Source: an uncultured Candidatus Saccharibacteria bacterium
GTDB lineage: Bacteria; Patescibacteriota; Saccharimonadia; Saccharimonadales; AWTP1-31
Direction: 5' to 3'
Assembly (NCBI GenBank): GCA_964641545.1
Contig: CAZXLT010000002.1
Coordinates: 4,934-68,933, forward strand
DNA length: 64,000 nt
Shown: positions 63,075 to 64,000 of the stretch, one piece after another
Layout of the letters: each line of letters begins with the position of its first letter
Numbering within the stretch: position 1 is the first letter of the stretch
The notes under the pieces: generated by a model
Seen by the model: the letters and a program-made list of their open reading frames with translations, nothing else
What the model was told of the DNA's origin: nothing
The model's database searches: none
Translations under genes and position numbers: made by a program

Positions 63075-64000
63075 TTAGGCCAGCTGGGTTTCTTCTTCTT
63101 CAAAAATTTGCTGCAGTTGCTGCAGATGCTTTTCGCGAAACTTGTTGTACTCGCTTTTCTTAAAGCCGTTTTTTCGTATAAACGAACTGATTTTTTCGCT
63201 ACCAATGTAGTGAGGCAATGTCACATAGCTTGCACCCAAGCCATACAGCTCGGTTGCTTCGTGCGCATTATCTGCGTGACAAATAACCACTGTGCTTGGA
63301 CTGACTTGCTGGGCGTACTCAACAACAAGGCGGTTCGTGTTGAAGTCACTAACATGCGAAACAATTAGCTTGGTTTTTGTAAGATCCAACTCATCAAGTA
63401 GCTCCGGATCGGTCATATCACCGTATAGGTACGGAATATTTTTATGTTCTAGTTCCTCAATCGCCTCTGGGTCATAGTCGACAACAACGTATCGCTTTGA
63501 CAGCCTTTCAAACGTTTTCACAAATTCGGAGCCTCCGCGACGATAGCCAAAAAGCATTGCTTCGTAGCCACCACGACTATCATGTTCGATGTTTACTTTT
63601 TTACGTTCAAAAGGCTGCAAGTAACGTTCAAAGAAATGGTACAACTCGTCTGCATAAGTGATCATGTAGGATGACAGCGCAATAGTAGTTATCCCTACTA
63701 TTGTTACCAGCGAAACGACCTGCTCACTTATTTGGCCATTCTTAAAACCAAGTAGTATAAAGATAAGTGAAAATTCACTTATTTGGGCGACGGCGAGCCC
63801 GGCCTTAAACCCGGTTTTCTTAGTAAATCCAAGCGCGCCCATAATCGCCATCACTATTAACGGGTTACCAACGAGAACCAAAGTAGAAAATCCAATAGTC
63901 TGGCCGATAATGCCCCCTAAATCACTGAGGTTGAGTTTTGCTCCAAGTGAAATAAAGAACACCACAATAAAGAAGTCTCGCAACGGCCGAAGGCGAGAAG
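63075..64000 (-). CDS. cation:proton antiporter (Kef/CPA2-like) C-terminal portion with a TrkA-N/RCK domain; 5' end lies beyond the window
   Basis: The reading frame is open to nt 64000. TM segments are FFIVVFFISLGAKL and LAVAQISEFSLIFILLG. An RCK-like segment follows (AMLFGYRRGGSEFVKTFE...YVVVDYDPE...YGDMTDPELL). Confidence 0.7.
   Translation of the reverse strand, partial: SRLRPLRDFFIVVFFISLGAKLNLSDLGGIIGQTIGFSTLVLVGNPLIVMAIMGALGFTKKTGFKAGLAVAQISEFSLIFILLGFKNGQISEQVVSLVTIVGITTIALSSYMITYADELYHFFERYLQPFERKKVNIEHDSRGGYEAMLFGYRRGGSEFVKTFERLSKRYVVVDYDPEAIEELEHKNIPYLYGDMTDPELLDELDLTKTKLIVSHVSDFNTNRLVVEYAQQVSPSTVVICHADNAHEATELYGLGASYVTLPHYIGSEKISSFIRKNGFKKSEYNKFREKHLQQLQQIFEEEETQLA

Noticed and set aside
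1-64000. Alternative genetic code (UGA recoded), as in some CPR lineages
   Set aside because: TGA functions as a stop at several tightly coupled junctions (ATGA at 24252-24255, 29593-29596 and 60768-60771; GTGA at 62474-62477). Conserved proteins have normal lengths under the standard bacterial code.
1-64000. CRISPR arrays, IS elements/transposases, prophage genes and rRNA/tRNA genes
   Set aside because: I found no regularly spaced short repeats, no transposase, integrase or capsid-like ORFs, and no intergenic region long or structured enough for rRNA or tRNA.

Overview
The window covers the chromosomal replication-origin region of a small-genome bacterium with a Gram-positive-like envelope. 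Gene content and the many lineage-specific membrane-anchored ORFs fit a Patescibacteria/CPR lineage such as Saccharibacteria, but the window alone cannot prove this. The layout has five parts. (1) 0.6-16.6 kb is one co-directional, tightly coupled T4SS-like locus. It holds a VirB6/TrbL-like giant membrane protein, a PrgI/VirB3-like protein, a VirB4 ATPase, two very large multi-domain peptidoglycan hydrolases and several unassignable ORFs. No relaxase, coupling protein or integrase is visible. (2) 16.6-22.6 kb is the conserved origin core: recF<-dnaN<-dnaA, then rpmH->rnpA->yidC->jag, with degenerate DnaA-box clusters on both sides of dnaA. (3) 22.6-57.1 kb is a ~34 kb cell-surface glycan locus. 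It encodes GDP-mannose supply and three apparent GDP-6-deoxyhexose branches (Rmd-like, Fcl/ColC-like, ColD-like 3-dehydratase), UDP-xylose synthesis (Ugd, Uxs) and a WecB-like epimerase. It also carries about 9 glycosyltransferases, both a Wzm/Wzt ABC exporter and Wzx/Wzy-type components, a WbaP-type initiating transferase, an LCP ligase, two GT2 + giant polytopic membrane protein pairs, two GtrA-like proteins and a secreted FG-GAP repeat protein with internal perfect DNA repeats. (4) 57.2-58.9 kb is a GtrA / LexA-N-domain-only / UppP operon. (5) 59.1-62.5 kb is an orphan operon preceded by a structured leader. It has two large proteins with no family I recognise and two tiny zinc-ribbon proteins, and is translationally coupled to a NadD-like gene. 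A truncated Kef/RCK-type antiporter follows. I recognised no rRNA, tRNA, CRISPR array, transposase or integrase. All functional calls come from motif reading by eye and need HMM or structure confirmation.
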